Source: Methanotrichaceae archaeon
GTDB taxonomy: Archaea; Halobacteriota; Methanosarcinia; Methanotrichales; Methanotrichaceae
DNA length: 64,000 nucleotides
Direction: 5' to 3'
NCBI GenBank assembly: GCA_963844955.1
Contig: CAWJQJ010000006.1
Location: 18,679-82,678, forward strand
In this document: positions 19,676 through 28,997 of the stretch, piece after piece
Position numbering within the stretch: the stretch's first letter is position 1
Layout: the number at the start of each line of letters is the position of its first letter
Program-made: the position numbers and the translations under genes
The notes under the pieces: model-generated
The model's database searches: none
The model's input: the letters and a program-made list of their open reading frames with translations, nothing else
What the model was told of the DNA's origin: nothing

Positions 19676-20683
19676 CTGAGAGAGATTACCTTATTGCTGG
19701 CTCTCTTTGCATTGATTGGCATGGCCGCAGCCGATGATGAGGAAAAGGATGAACAATTGCAGGAGAATGATGCGGCATATGACGATCCGACGACATTGGA
19801 AGAGAAAAATTTAAATTTCAACTTTGAACAGAACGTGAGCGGTACGGGCTTTTTTGCGGCCTATAAATATGCCCAAATGCCGGACGCTCTTGGGACTGAA
19901 GGGCGCCTGTTCAACGGAGTTGAGGTGAAGAACAAAGCTCACGGCAGCGGAAAAATAGATACTGATTCAAATATATATGCAGAAAGTTCGTACACCAATA
20001 AAACCTGGATCAACGGCGCTTACGATGAAGATGGAGAGGAAATAGAGTTGGAAGAAGAAGCAACAAGCTCCATTCAGATGAAAGAAGACAGCAAGATGGC
20101 ATATAGCCCATTGGTATTAGGGATAGGATCAGGATACTATAGTCTCAATCCCGTTGCTTTCAATTCCCTGCTAAAAGAAGAAGATTGGATAAAGAACCGC
20201 GATGGCTTGAATTCCTTGCATCACATGGTTGATCACGCTCATGGATTGAATAAGGTGCTTGATGCTCAATCAGATGCAACAAATAACACAATGAACATAG
20301 AAGAGGACTTGGTTGACGGTCGGGCACACTTTGGAGTGCTCCAGCTTCAGGGAATCCTTGCAGAGGAAGAGCCTGAAGAAGAATCAGCTGAAGATTCGGA
20401 AGAAGAGTCGGAGGAGGTTCAAGTCCTTGGCTTAGCCATGAAAAACTGGGAGAAGCCATTAATAGAATTGGACGAGGATTATATTGGGAACTTCCACATT
20501 AAGAAAAATATGAATATATATACTTACTCAGTGGAGGAGGAAAAAGAGGATTCATGGCTGCCCTGTTGTTCGGGCGGGTTTGGCGATATGAACTATGCAG
20601 ATAAAAATGCCTTTAAGTCCGCAAGAGGCGTCTTTGATTGCACTTGCTTCATAGTACCGGCCAAGGCGCAATTTCCTGGATAG
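19676..20683 (+). CDS. Secreted acidic protein with C-terminal Cys motif
   Basis: Signal peptide (possible CTG start after GGAGG; track start 19694); Glu-rich; WLPCC...FDCTCF end. Confidence 0.7.
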   Translation: MREITLLLALFALIGMAAADDEEKDEQLQENDAAYDDPTTLEEKNLNFNFEQNVSGTGFFAAYKYAQMPDALGTEGRLFNGVEVKNKAHGSGKIDTDSNIYAESSYTNKTWINGAYDEDGEEIELEEEATSSIQMKEDSKMAYSPLVLGIGSGYYSLNPVAFNSLLKEEDWIKNRDGLNSLHHMVDHAHGLNKVLDAQSDATNNTMNIEEDLVDGRAHFGVLQLQGILAEEEPEEESAEDSEEESEEVQVLGLAMKNWEKPLIELDEDYIGNFHIKKNMNIYTYSVEEEKEDSWLPCCSGGFGDMNYADKNAFKSARGVFDCTCFIVPAKAQFPG

Positions 20684-21099
20684 CAGAGGACATTTTATTA
20701 AAATTTTTGCTCTAGATTCAATTGAATACCATGCACTGTGAGGGATACAGTTGTGAGATGATAGCTCTTCCTGGTTCATTGCCCGCCTGGGATCTGAGCC
20801 TGCACCGATATATCCAGGGCGAAGGTAGGCTCGTCAAGGATTATAACCAGGGGGGGAGCAAGACTCTCCCCCGGTATCCATCTGGAATGGGATTTCAGAG
20901 GATGCCTTGATAGAAATGATTAAGCAATCGTAAATGATAATATTATTCTTAACATTTAGATCTTTCCTTCTCAGATGATCCTGGATATCTTAGGAATCGT
21001 ACCGGAAAATTCTTTATAGCTCCAGGCCGATGGATCTTCTCGATTGCCTTGCTGAAGATAAGCGCCCCCTCGACAATAAAAACCTGCTCGACTCGATTC

Positions 21100-21906
21100 A
21101 TGCACCTGGCCCTTCCGGTTATTTTGATCCTGGCATCTATGCTCCCGGCAGCGCAGGGTGTCTCCGATTCGACCAGTTCCGGCTCCATTCCCGTCTTTGG
21201 CTACCAGATAGTCAATACTTATCCTCACAGCAGCCTGGCATTCACTCAGGGCCTGGTCTACGACGAGGATGACGAGGGAGTGCTCTATGAGGGCACAGGG
21301 CTGTACGGGAGATCGAGCTTGCGGCGCGTCGACCTGGAAACGGGCCTGGTTTTGCAGCAGACCCGTCTGGCAAACGAGCTATTCGGCGAGGGGGTGGCTC
21401 TCTGGAAAGACAGAATCATCCAGCTCACCTGGCAGTCGGGCCTGGGCCTGGTCTACGGCAAAGAGAATCTGACCAGGATCGGCAACTTCAGCTACCGGAC
21501 GGAGGGCTGGGGCATAACCTCTGATGGCAAAAGCCTGATCATGAGCGATGGCACAAACATTTTGCACATTATTGATCCAGAAAGCTTTGCGCAAACGGGG
21601 CAAATAGAGGTCACGGCCAACGGAGCCCCTCTTAATGGCCTAAATGAGCTGGAGTACGTCAAAGGACAGATCTATGCCAATGTCTGGCCGACAAGCCGGA
21701 TAGTCATGATATCTCCTGAGAGCGGCGAGGTGAAAGGAAAGATAGACCTGCAGGGGATCTTGCAGAAAAAAGACATCCAGGGCCAAAAGGTTGACGTGCA
21801 AAACGGCATTGCTTATGACAACGGAAGAGACAGGCTCTTTGTGACCGGCAAGCTGTGGCCCAAGCTCTTTGAGATCAGGCTGGTGGCAAAAGCAGGCAGC
21901 GATTAG
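21100..21906 (+). CDS. Glutaminyl-peptide cyclotransferase (plant/bacterial type)
   Basis: YPH..AFTQGL, FGEG, QLTW, EGWGIT, LNELE, NGIAYD, TGKLWP motifs. Confidence 0.92.
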   Translation: MHLALPVILILASMLPAAQGVSDSTSSGSIPVFGYQIVNTYPHSSLAFTQGLVYDEDDEGVLYEGTGLYGRSSLRRVDLETGLVLQQTRLANELFGEGVALWKDRIIQLTWQSGLGLVYGKENLTRIGNFSYRTEGWGITSDGKSLIMSDGTNILHIIDPESFAQTGQIEVTANGAPLNGLNELEYVKGQIYANVWPTSRIVMISPESGEVKGKIDLQGILQKKDIQGQKVDVQNGIAYDNGRDRLFVTGKLWPKLFEIRLVAKAGSD

Positions 21907-22009
21907 AAAAGATTCGGGGCCAGCCTTTGTGAATGACATGAAACTAAGATGAGATCGCCTCTTCCCAAATAAGGCCAGCCTTTTTGCGCTTTTTTAGTGA
22001 GCTAAAACT

Positions 22010-22225
22010 CTAATCTCCTTCGTACTTGAAGGAGAGCCTGACCTTGGCCCGGTATTCTGCGATCTTTCCATTCTCCAGCCGGACATCCAGCTCCTTGACC
22101 TCGGCAATTCTCAGGTCTCTCAGGCTTTTGGTGGCCCTGTCAACCACGGTTTTAACTGCATCTTCCCAGCTCGCTTTGGAGGTTCCGACCAGTTCCACAA
22201 TTTTATATACATCTCCATCTGTCAT
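22010..22225 (-). CDS. Dodecin family protein
   Basis: VYKIVELVGTS..SWEDA...YRAKVRLSFKY. Confidence 0.9.
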   Translation of the reverse strand: MTDGDVYKIVELVGTSKASWEDAVKTVVDRATKSLRDLRIAEVKELDVRLENGKIAEYRAKVRLSFKYEGD

Positions 22226-22388
22226 ATATCCTTCACTCCTAAAATTATATGCCATGATTGGCGCTTCTCATTGATATATTTTCCTTAGGTTGGCCAGCAA
22301 AAACCTGAAATAATATCCTGCCTCCCATGCCAGCAGCAAGGAGATGCCGATATTGACCAGAAGCACAGGGGAGCGGCCGGCAGGAGAT

Positions 22389-23735
22389 ATGTCTGCAGGC
22401 CGGGGCGTGGGAATTGATGATCTATCCGTTTATGTGCCCGGGCTCTACCTTCCCCTGGCCGGGGAGTTTTCAGCCGATCGAGGCATCGATCCCGGCAAAT
22501 TGACCAGGGGAATAGGCATCGAAAATATGGCTGTGCCCGATGCCCATGAGGATGCAGCCACCATGGCCGCCATGTCGCTTCTGGATCTGATGAGGCGATC
22601 GGACCTTCGTCCGGAAGATATAGGCAAGATCTACGTGGGAACGGAATCCGCCCCGGACGAGGCCAAGGCAATGGGAACCTACATCATAGGCATGCTGGAG
22701 AAGGTCTATGGGAAGGGCTCCTTTCAAGAGTGCAGCACAGTTGAGTTTAAGGCGGCCTGCATCGCTACCGCCTTTGCCCTGGAGAGCCTCAGCTACTGGG
22801 TGGCCGCTGAAGATGAAGGGAAGAAGGGAATCGTCATCGCTTCGGACGTGGCCAAATACCCGCTTCGCTCTGCCGGGGAGTATACCCAGGGGGCAGGCAG
22901 CGTGGCCCTGCTGGTGAAAAAGAATCCCAGGCTGCTGGCCCTGGAGCAGATCTACGGCTCCTTCACCAGAAATGAGAACGACTTCTTCCGGCCCATGGGA
23001 TGCACGAATGCAGTTGTTAATGGAAAACACAGCAATCAATGCTACTTGGATGCCATGCAAGGTGCATTCGAATCATTTGCCAGCAAGGCCGGGCAAAAAG
23101 GGATCATCTCGCCGGGTGCAGGCGAGTGCGTCACCGATTTTATAGATCATCTTCTCTTTCATATTCCTTATCCCAGGATGGTTGAATATGCCAGTGCGGC
23201 AATCTTCAGGCATGACTGGAAGAGCAGCCGCAAATGGAAAGACATCGAGGCTGAGATGGGAAGAGAGCCGCAGGCTCAAGAGTATGAAGATCCCGGGAAA
23301 TATCTGGCGGCTGAGGCTGAGTATGCCAGGGCCTTCTCCCGGTCAAAGCATTTCTTGCAGGCCTTCGAGGCCAAGGTGAGGGATACGGCCACGCTCTCTC
23401 GCCAGGTGGGAAATATCTATACCGGATCGATCTTCCTGGGCCTGGCCAGCCTTTTAGAGCAAAAGAAGATCCAGGCGAAAGAGAGATTATGCTTCGGGGC
23501 CTATGGAAGCGGCTGCTCCGCCCTTGTCTTCTCGGCAATAGTGCAGCAGAAGGCTGCATCTGTGCCCTTGAGAGGCATATTGCAGAGGTTGCAGGAGAGA
23601 GTGAAGATATCGCTGCAGGATTATGAGAGGCTTCACGAGGGAAAGATGGAGAAGAGTGTGGTCATGCCTTCGCAGGAGTTTGCTCTGACCGGGATCGATC
23701 ATCAGGGATACAGGCATTATGAATTCTGGGAATAA
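22389..23735 (+). CDS. Hydroxymethylglutaryl-CoA synthase
   Basis: VGTES, EFKAAC (catalytic Cys), GEYTQGAG, FHIPY, VGNIYTGS, YGSG motifs. Confidence 0.9.
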   Translation: MSAGRGVGIDDLSVYVPGLYLPLAGEFSADRGIDPGKLTRGIGIENMAVPDAHEDAATMAAMSLLDLMRRSDLRPEDIGKIYVGTESAPDEAKAMGTYIIGMLEKVYGKGSFQECSTVEFKAACIATAFALESLSYWVAAEDEGKKGIVIASDVAKYPLRSAGEYTQGAGSVALLVKKNPRLLALEQIYGSFTRNENDFFRPMGCTNAVVNGKHSNQCYLDAMQGAFESFASKAGQKGIISPGAGECVTDFIDHLLFHIPYPRMVEYASAAIFRHDWKSSRKWKDIEAEMGREPQAQEYEDPGKYLAAEAEYARAFSRSKHFLQAFEAKVRDTATLSRQVGNIYTGSIFLGLASLLEQKKIQAKERLCFGAYGSGCSALVFSAIVQQKAASVPLRGILQRLQERVKISLQDYERLHEGKMEKSVVMPSQEFALTGIDHQGYRHYEFWE

Positions 23736-23903
23736 TGGTCGGTGCTTGCCTGGCGATAAAGGCGGTCTGCAAGGCAGTTAATATTCATTTAGTTTAAAAA
23801 ATTTATATTGATATATGTTGTCCAGAATCAGAAGCATGCAATTTATGCAAGGTTTCCAAGAGAAGGGGCAGGTTAATAAGTAGAGGCCGCTAAATATTGA
23901 CGG

Positions 23904-24152
23904 ATGGAAATGTCTGAAGATGAAAAGCCCACCACAAGACAATCATTGCCGCAATTCATTCCTAAATTCAAAGGCAAGAAAGTCGTGATTCGTCTGCTCT
24001 CAGGTGGCCAGCCGGTCACTGGAACAATTGAGTCATTCAACTCCTATGAGATACTACTTCTGACCGCGAAAGGCGAGCTATTGGTCTTCAAGCACGCCAT
24101 TGCCACGATTGAGATTGTGGATGAGCCGCGAGGATTTAAGCCGAATCTCTAG
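23904..24152 (+). CDS. hfq: Hfq-like Sm-fold RNA-binding protein
   Basis: VVIRLLSG..VTGTIESFNSYEILL...LVFKHAIATI, matching Hfq Sm1/Sm2 ([YF]KHAI). Confidence 0.75.
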   Translation: MEMSEDEKPTTRQSLPQFIPKFKGKKVVIRLLSGGQPVTGTIESFNSYEILLLTAKGELLVFKHAIATIEIVDEPRGFKPNL

Positions 24153-24312
24153 CCTTTGAAGCAGTGATGAAGTGACACGCAAATCTTTTTTCTTCATTTT
24201 AGCTCACGGCGAATAAGCAAGATCAGAGAGGCATGCCCAGCAATGGATGGAAAGCAATATAAAATAGAGAACATAATCATCTTTAAGAAGATATCCTGAA
24301 AGGAGGTATCAT

Positions 24313-24768
24313 ATGAAGATGTATGCAAATTCGATATCTGTCTTGCTGGCGGCGGCGTTGCTGCTGGCATTGGTTTCTCCCGGATGCGGCCAGGTCGGGA
24401 CGAACCCCTCTGAAGAGTCGGCAGAAGATTCACTGAATGCTCCAGGCTCGGAAGCGGCCGGTATGCGCCCCGCCGAAGGAGCTATGGAAGATCTCTTCGA
24501 GAAGGGCATCGGGAGTTCATGGGTTGGCGGCGATCCCTTTGCATCGAGCACGGGAACGGGCCTTGATAAGATGAAGAATGCAGCAAGCCCTGAATACCGG
24601 ATCATAGGCTATCTCAATGTGACCTCCGGTTTAATTGTGGCACCCGATAGCGGCGCAAGCCTGTATTTCACTCCTGGCCCGGGCAGTTATCCGGTCTACG
24701 GATATTTTATTGGCGATGAAATGACGGGCATTTACATCGATTTCGACTCGTCCATCGCGAAGATATAG
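24313..24768 (+). CDS. Hypothetical secreted protein
   Basis: Signal peptide, strong AGGAGGT RBS. Confidence 0.65.
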   Translation: MKMYANSISVLLAAALLLALVSPGCGQVGTNPSEESAEDSLNAPGSEAAGMRPAEGAMEDLFEKGIGSSWVGGDPFASSTGTGLDKMKNAASPEYRIIGYLNVTSGLIVAPDSGASLYFTPGPGSYPVYGYFIGDEMTGIYIDFDSSIAKI

Positions 24769-24843
24769 ATAAAACAGGCAGATTTATCATGCCCACTTGG
24801 CAAGGGCAAGTAGCCCCCTGCCGGTCAAATTTTGATTTTTTTT

Positions 24844-25293
24844 TCAGCACTGGTCTCCTTTTATCAGGAGCACTGGAATTGCTGACTGCAAAACCACTCT
24901 CTCCGCCACATTTCCCAGGAGAAATTTTTCGAGGTCGCTGCGGCCAAGTCTACCCATGACGAGAAGGTCCATATGCAGCTGCCCGGAGACCTTGAGAATT
25001 TCATCGCTCGGATTTCCCTGGGCCAGAATCTTATGACAGGGAACACGGGCATCCTGTGCCTTATATTCAATATACTCCAGCGCAGACTTTCCCTCTTCTT
25101 TCATGAGGTCTAAGATTTTCTCTTTCAGGCCTGGAAGTGTGGCATAACCGGGCAGGTGGGCCAGGCGGAAGATATCCATTACATAAACCGCGATGACGCT
25201 GCCGTTTGAGCGGTGCGCGATATCTATGCCGACCTCTGCAGCCTTCTTGCTCGCATCCGATCCATCGGTGGCAATCATAATTTTTTTCAACAT
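24844..25293 (-). CDS. Universal stress protein
   Basis: IMIATDGS, DLLVMG, LLGNVAERVV. Confidence 0.92.
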   Translation of the reverse strand: MLKKIMIATDGSDASKKAAEVGIDIAHRSNGSVIAVYVMDIFRLAHLPGYATLPGLKEKILDLMKEEGKSALEYIEYKAQDARVPCHKILAQGNPSDEILKVSGQLHMDLLVMGRLGRSDLEKFLLGNVAERVVLQSAIPVLLIKGDQC

Positions 25294-25315
25294 GGTATCA
25301 CTAATATCATATAAA

Positions 25316-25762
25316 TCACAGCATGTTCTTCAGGGAGAGCAGATAAAGCTGCATCTTCTCATCCCAATCTCTCTTTGCCGAAAGGCCGCAGATCTCGAAT
25401 AAAACCGCTTCCACAATAAGATAGACGCGAGCTTTATCGCGGATGCAGCCCAGGAGGGATTGCCGGCCCCTTCCCATCCCGGAATGGATATGCAATTTAG
25501 GCCCTTCTTCAGATGGGTAAATTGTAGCCATGCCAAAGACCTCCCAGGCGCTCTCATAAGCCTCATAGCTCGGCATGGGAGGAACCTCTGCTGCTTTAGG
25601 ACCGGTCACAGCCCGGCCATCGCGAAGAGCCCCCATGAAAAGAGCCGTACAGGCCTCAATTTTCTTCTCCGCCACAAGCTTTTGCAGTGATTCTATCAGG
25701 TCCTCCTCATGGTCAATCCTCAGGACAAAGACTCTGCCCAAACTGCCCTCTGAATATTGCAT
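25316..25762 (-). CDS. PPC/DUF296 domain protein
   Basis: GRVFVLRIDHEEDL, HIHSGMG motifs. Confidence 0.85.
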   Translation of the reverse strand: MQYSEGSLGRVFVLRIDHEEDLIESLQKLVAEKKIEACTALFMGALRDGRAVTGPKAAEVPPMPSYEAYESAWEVFGMATIYPSEEGPKLHIHSGMGRGRQSLLGCIRDKARVYLIVEAVLFEICGLSAKRDWDEKMQLYLLSLKNML

Positions 25763-25788
25763 GCCAATAACCTTGGTTTTTTCCAGCC

Positions 25789-26169
25789 TTAACGTTTTCC
25801 CGGCCCGGCTCTTTTCAGCAGATTTTCCAGGACGCATCGCTTCCACTTGCAGGTTACCGGCTTTCCGCATCTTCCCTCCAGGAGATGGACCTGTCCAGGC
25901 CGCGATTTCAGATACTGCATGATCTCAGAATGCGCCGCACTGGAGAGCTGCATCTTTCTGTCCGGGGGAATTCGCAGCTCTCCGGTTTGCTGATCGAGAT
26001 CGGAGACGCGAAGGCCTATCAGAGATTCAATATCAATGCCCGTCTCAAAGAGCAGAAGGAGAATTATCCGGTCCATGCCGCAGGCTGCATCGAGCAGCTT
26101 TCTCTTATCCTCACTGCTTAGTTCATCTATGCCCTGCACTGGAGACCAATTCCGCGGGAAGAATATCAA
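25789..26169 (-). CDS. Truncated tyrosine-recombinase-like protein, catalytic Arg replaced
   Basis: DRIILLLLFETGIDIESLIGLRVSDLD resembles box I but has D for R; no HxxR/Y region. Confidence 0.55.
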   Translation of the reverse strand: MIFFPRNWSPVQGIDELSSEDKRKLLDAACGMDRIILLLLFETGIDIESLIGLRVSDLDQQTGELRIPPDRKMQLSSAAHSEIMQYLKSRPGQVHLLEGRCGKPVTCKWKRCVLENLLKRAGPGKR

Positions 26170-26251
26170 GAGATCGCATGGCCCGGTACATCATTTTAGC
26201 TTGCTGCAAATCTTTCTATAGGTTGATCTTGTTGATAGGAATGAATATTTC

Positions 26252-27602
26252 ATGCCCATAAATCCGAAACGGATCCGAATCCTGTTTGAAGCTTCACAAA
26301 AAAGAGGCCCCGTGCTCTACTGGATGAGCCGCGACCAGCGCGCCGGCGACAACTGGGCTCTGCTCTATGCCCGGCAGCTGGCCCGGGAGCAGGGCAGCCC
26401 TCTGGCGGTGGCCTTCTGCCTGGCTGCAAAGTTCCTGGGAGCCACGGGCAGGCAGTACCGGTTCATGCTGCAAGGCCTCAAAGAGGTGGAGAAGAGCCTG
26501 CAGGACTGCAATATTCCCTTTTTCCTTCTCCGGGGAGATCCAGGCAGAGAGGTGGCGCGCTTTTTGAGGGAAATCGATGCTGGTGCGCTTGTCTCTGACT
26601 TTTCACCTCTGCGGGAGAGCGGGCAGTGGAAGGCGGCAGTAGCCGGTGAGACGGAAATTCCTTTTTACGAGGTGGATGCCCACAATATCATTCCCTGCTG
26701 GTTTGCCTCGCAAAAGCAGGAGTGGGCCGCCTACAGCTTCCGGCCCAAAGTGCACCGTCTTCTCGGCGAATTTCTGGATGAATTCCCTTCTTTGCAAGAG
26801 ATGCCGCCGGGAAATTCTGCCTACTGGAACGATGCTGCAAGAAATGATTGGCCTGAAGCGGAAAGGGGCCATGAAGCTGACGGCGCGCCGCAGGCAAAAC
26901 GGATCATCCCGGGAGAGGCGGCCGCAGCAATGCGGCTTTGCAATTTCCTGGCAAATAAGCTGGCAAGCTATCAGTCGGACAGAAATGATCCCAACCGGGA
27001 CGGCCAGTCCAGGTCTTTCCCCCTATCTGCACTTCGGCCAGATCTCTGCTCAGCGAGTCGCCCTGGAGGCGGCAAGGAGCATGAAAGATGCCGGCGCATT
27101 TTTGGAGGAGCTGGTTGTGCGAAAGGAATTGTCGGACAACTTCTGCTACTACAACCAGCATTACGATGACATAGAAGGCTTTCCTTCCTGGGCGAGAGCG
27201 AGCCTAGACGAGCATGAAAAGGACAAAAGAGAATACCTCTATTCCCTGGAGGAGCTGGAGGGGGCCCGCACCCATGATGAGCTGTGGAATGCGGCCCAGC
27301 AGGAGATGCTGCTCACCGGAAAGATGCACGGCTATATGCGAATGTACTGGGCCAAGAAGATCCTGGAGTGGACAGCGTCGCCTGCAGCGGCCCAGGCTGC
27401 AGCCATCTATCTCAACGACCGGTATGAGCTGGACGGGCGGGACCCTAACGGCTACGCAGGAATTGCCTGGAGCCTGGGGGGCCTGCACGATCGCGCCTGG
27501 AAGGAGAGGGCGATCTTCGGCAAGGTGCGCTATATGAGCTACAATGGCGCCAAGAGCAAATTCGATATTAAGGCTTACATAAATCGATGGAGAATCTCAT
27601 GA
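26252..27602 (+). CDS. phr: Class II CPD photolyase, split by a +1 frameshift near 27010
   Basis: [21 protein letters not shown], then [36 protein letters not shown] in the next frame. Confidence 0.9.
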
Positions 27603-28220
27603 GTGGCAATGATGTTTCGCCCAGCATCTGGTATTACGGCCTGGCCCTGCTGGTAGTAGTCGCAGGATTTGCCGTATTTGCGCTGTCCATCTATGGCGGC
27701 ATCTCTGATATGCAAGAGCAGCCTGCTGCAAATAGTAGCTCCGGGAAATGCGGAATTAGATCTCCCTGACCCCGGCGAATACACCATCTTCTACGAGAAC
27801 AGCAGCTACCTTGACGGCAAGTTCTACAGCACCTCCGAACAGATATCGGGCCTGGTGGTCCGGGTGAAGGAAAAGGCCACAGGCCGGGAACTGGCTACCT
27901 ACCCTGCGGCGGGCAGCTTTACCTATAGCATGGGCAGTCGCAGCGGCCGGTCCATTATGGCCTTTAAGGCTCCGGCGGCTGGCATCTACCAGATCAATTC
28001 GTCCTATTCCGGGCAGGCAGGCCCTGAGATTGTTCTGGCTGTTGGAACAGGGGTAGCCACGGGAATGATCTCTTCAATCATGCTGTCTCTGGCAGCCCTC
28101 TTCGGCTCAATCGCGATTGCGGCCGTAATTTCCTATGTCACATACAGCCGAAGAAAAAAAGCTCTTGCCAGGATTGGTGAAGATGAGAGTCTGACGAAAG
28201 GCGGTTTTGATTACCGGTAA
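27599..28220 (+). CDS. Two-TM membrane protein, split by a +1 frameshift near 27715
   Basis: N-terminal TM in one frame joins [10 protein letters not shown]... and C-terminal TM in the next frame. Confidence 0.65.
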
Positions 28221-28239
28221 CTTGCCGCCGGCCCGGGAC

Positions 28240-28749
28240 TTACCATCCGTTGTAGTGCACCCGCTCTTCCCTGTATCTCCTGGGCGTTGCAGGGGTTTCA
28301 TTGGGGTATCCCAGCGCCAACAGCGCAAAGGGAGTTATCTCCTCAGGCAGGCTCAGACGCTTCCGAAAAGCCTCTACCCGATCTTTTAGGGGATAGACGC
28401 CCGCCCAGACGCCGCCCAGTCCCAGGGCATGCGCAGCCAGCAGGAGATTCTCCACCGCAGCAGAGCAGTCCTCTACCCAGAATCCGGGGTACTTTTCCAG
28501 ATTTTTGTCGCCGCAGACCAGGATCGCCAGTGGTGCCTGCCGGCACATGGATGCAGTAGCACAAATACTTGGGACTTCATCGAGAAACTTGCGGTCATCC
28601 AATACAATGAAATGCCAGGGCTGCTCGTTTCCGGCGGAAGGCGCAAACATGGCCGCTTCCAGGAGTTCCTTCACGGTCTCGCTGGAGACCGGCTTATCTA
28701 AAAACTTCCTTATGCTCCGGCGAGTTTTTATGGCTTGCAGGGTTTCCAT
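28240..28749 (-). CDS. Nitroreductase family protein
   Basis: RRSIRKF, APSAGNEQPW, LAAHALGLG. Confidence 0.93.
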   Translation of the reverse strand: METLQAIKTRRSIRKFLDKPVSSETVKELLEAAMFAPSAGNEQPWHFIVLDDRKFLDEVPSICATASMCRQAPLAILVCGDKNLEKYPGFWVEDCSAAVENLLLAAHALGLGGVWAGVYPLKDRVEAFRKRLSLPEEITPFALLALGYPNETPATPRRYREERVHYNGW

Positions 28750-28997
28750 CGACAATACCTTCAATTGAATAAGATAGTTAAGGCATTGCTCTTATAAATT
28801 ATGCTGTCTTGGCCGGCAGATAGGATTTAATGAGAACGAGGAATTTCTGCAGAAGTCGGACTATCCCCCTCTTTTTGGTAAGAATGCTATAACAATCGTT
28901 ATCGGCAAGACACATTCAAAGCTTCGGATAAACTTAAGTAGCATTATGCCCAGGATTGATACCGGATCAACCTTACATTACAGTGAGCTTATGGGGC

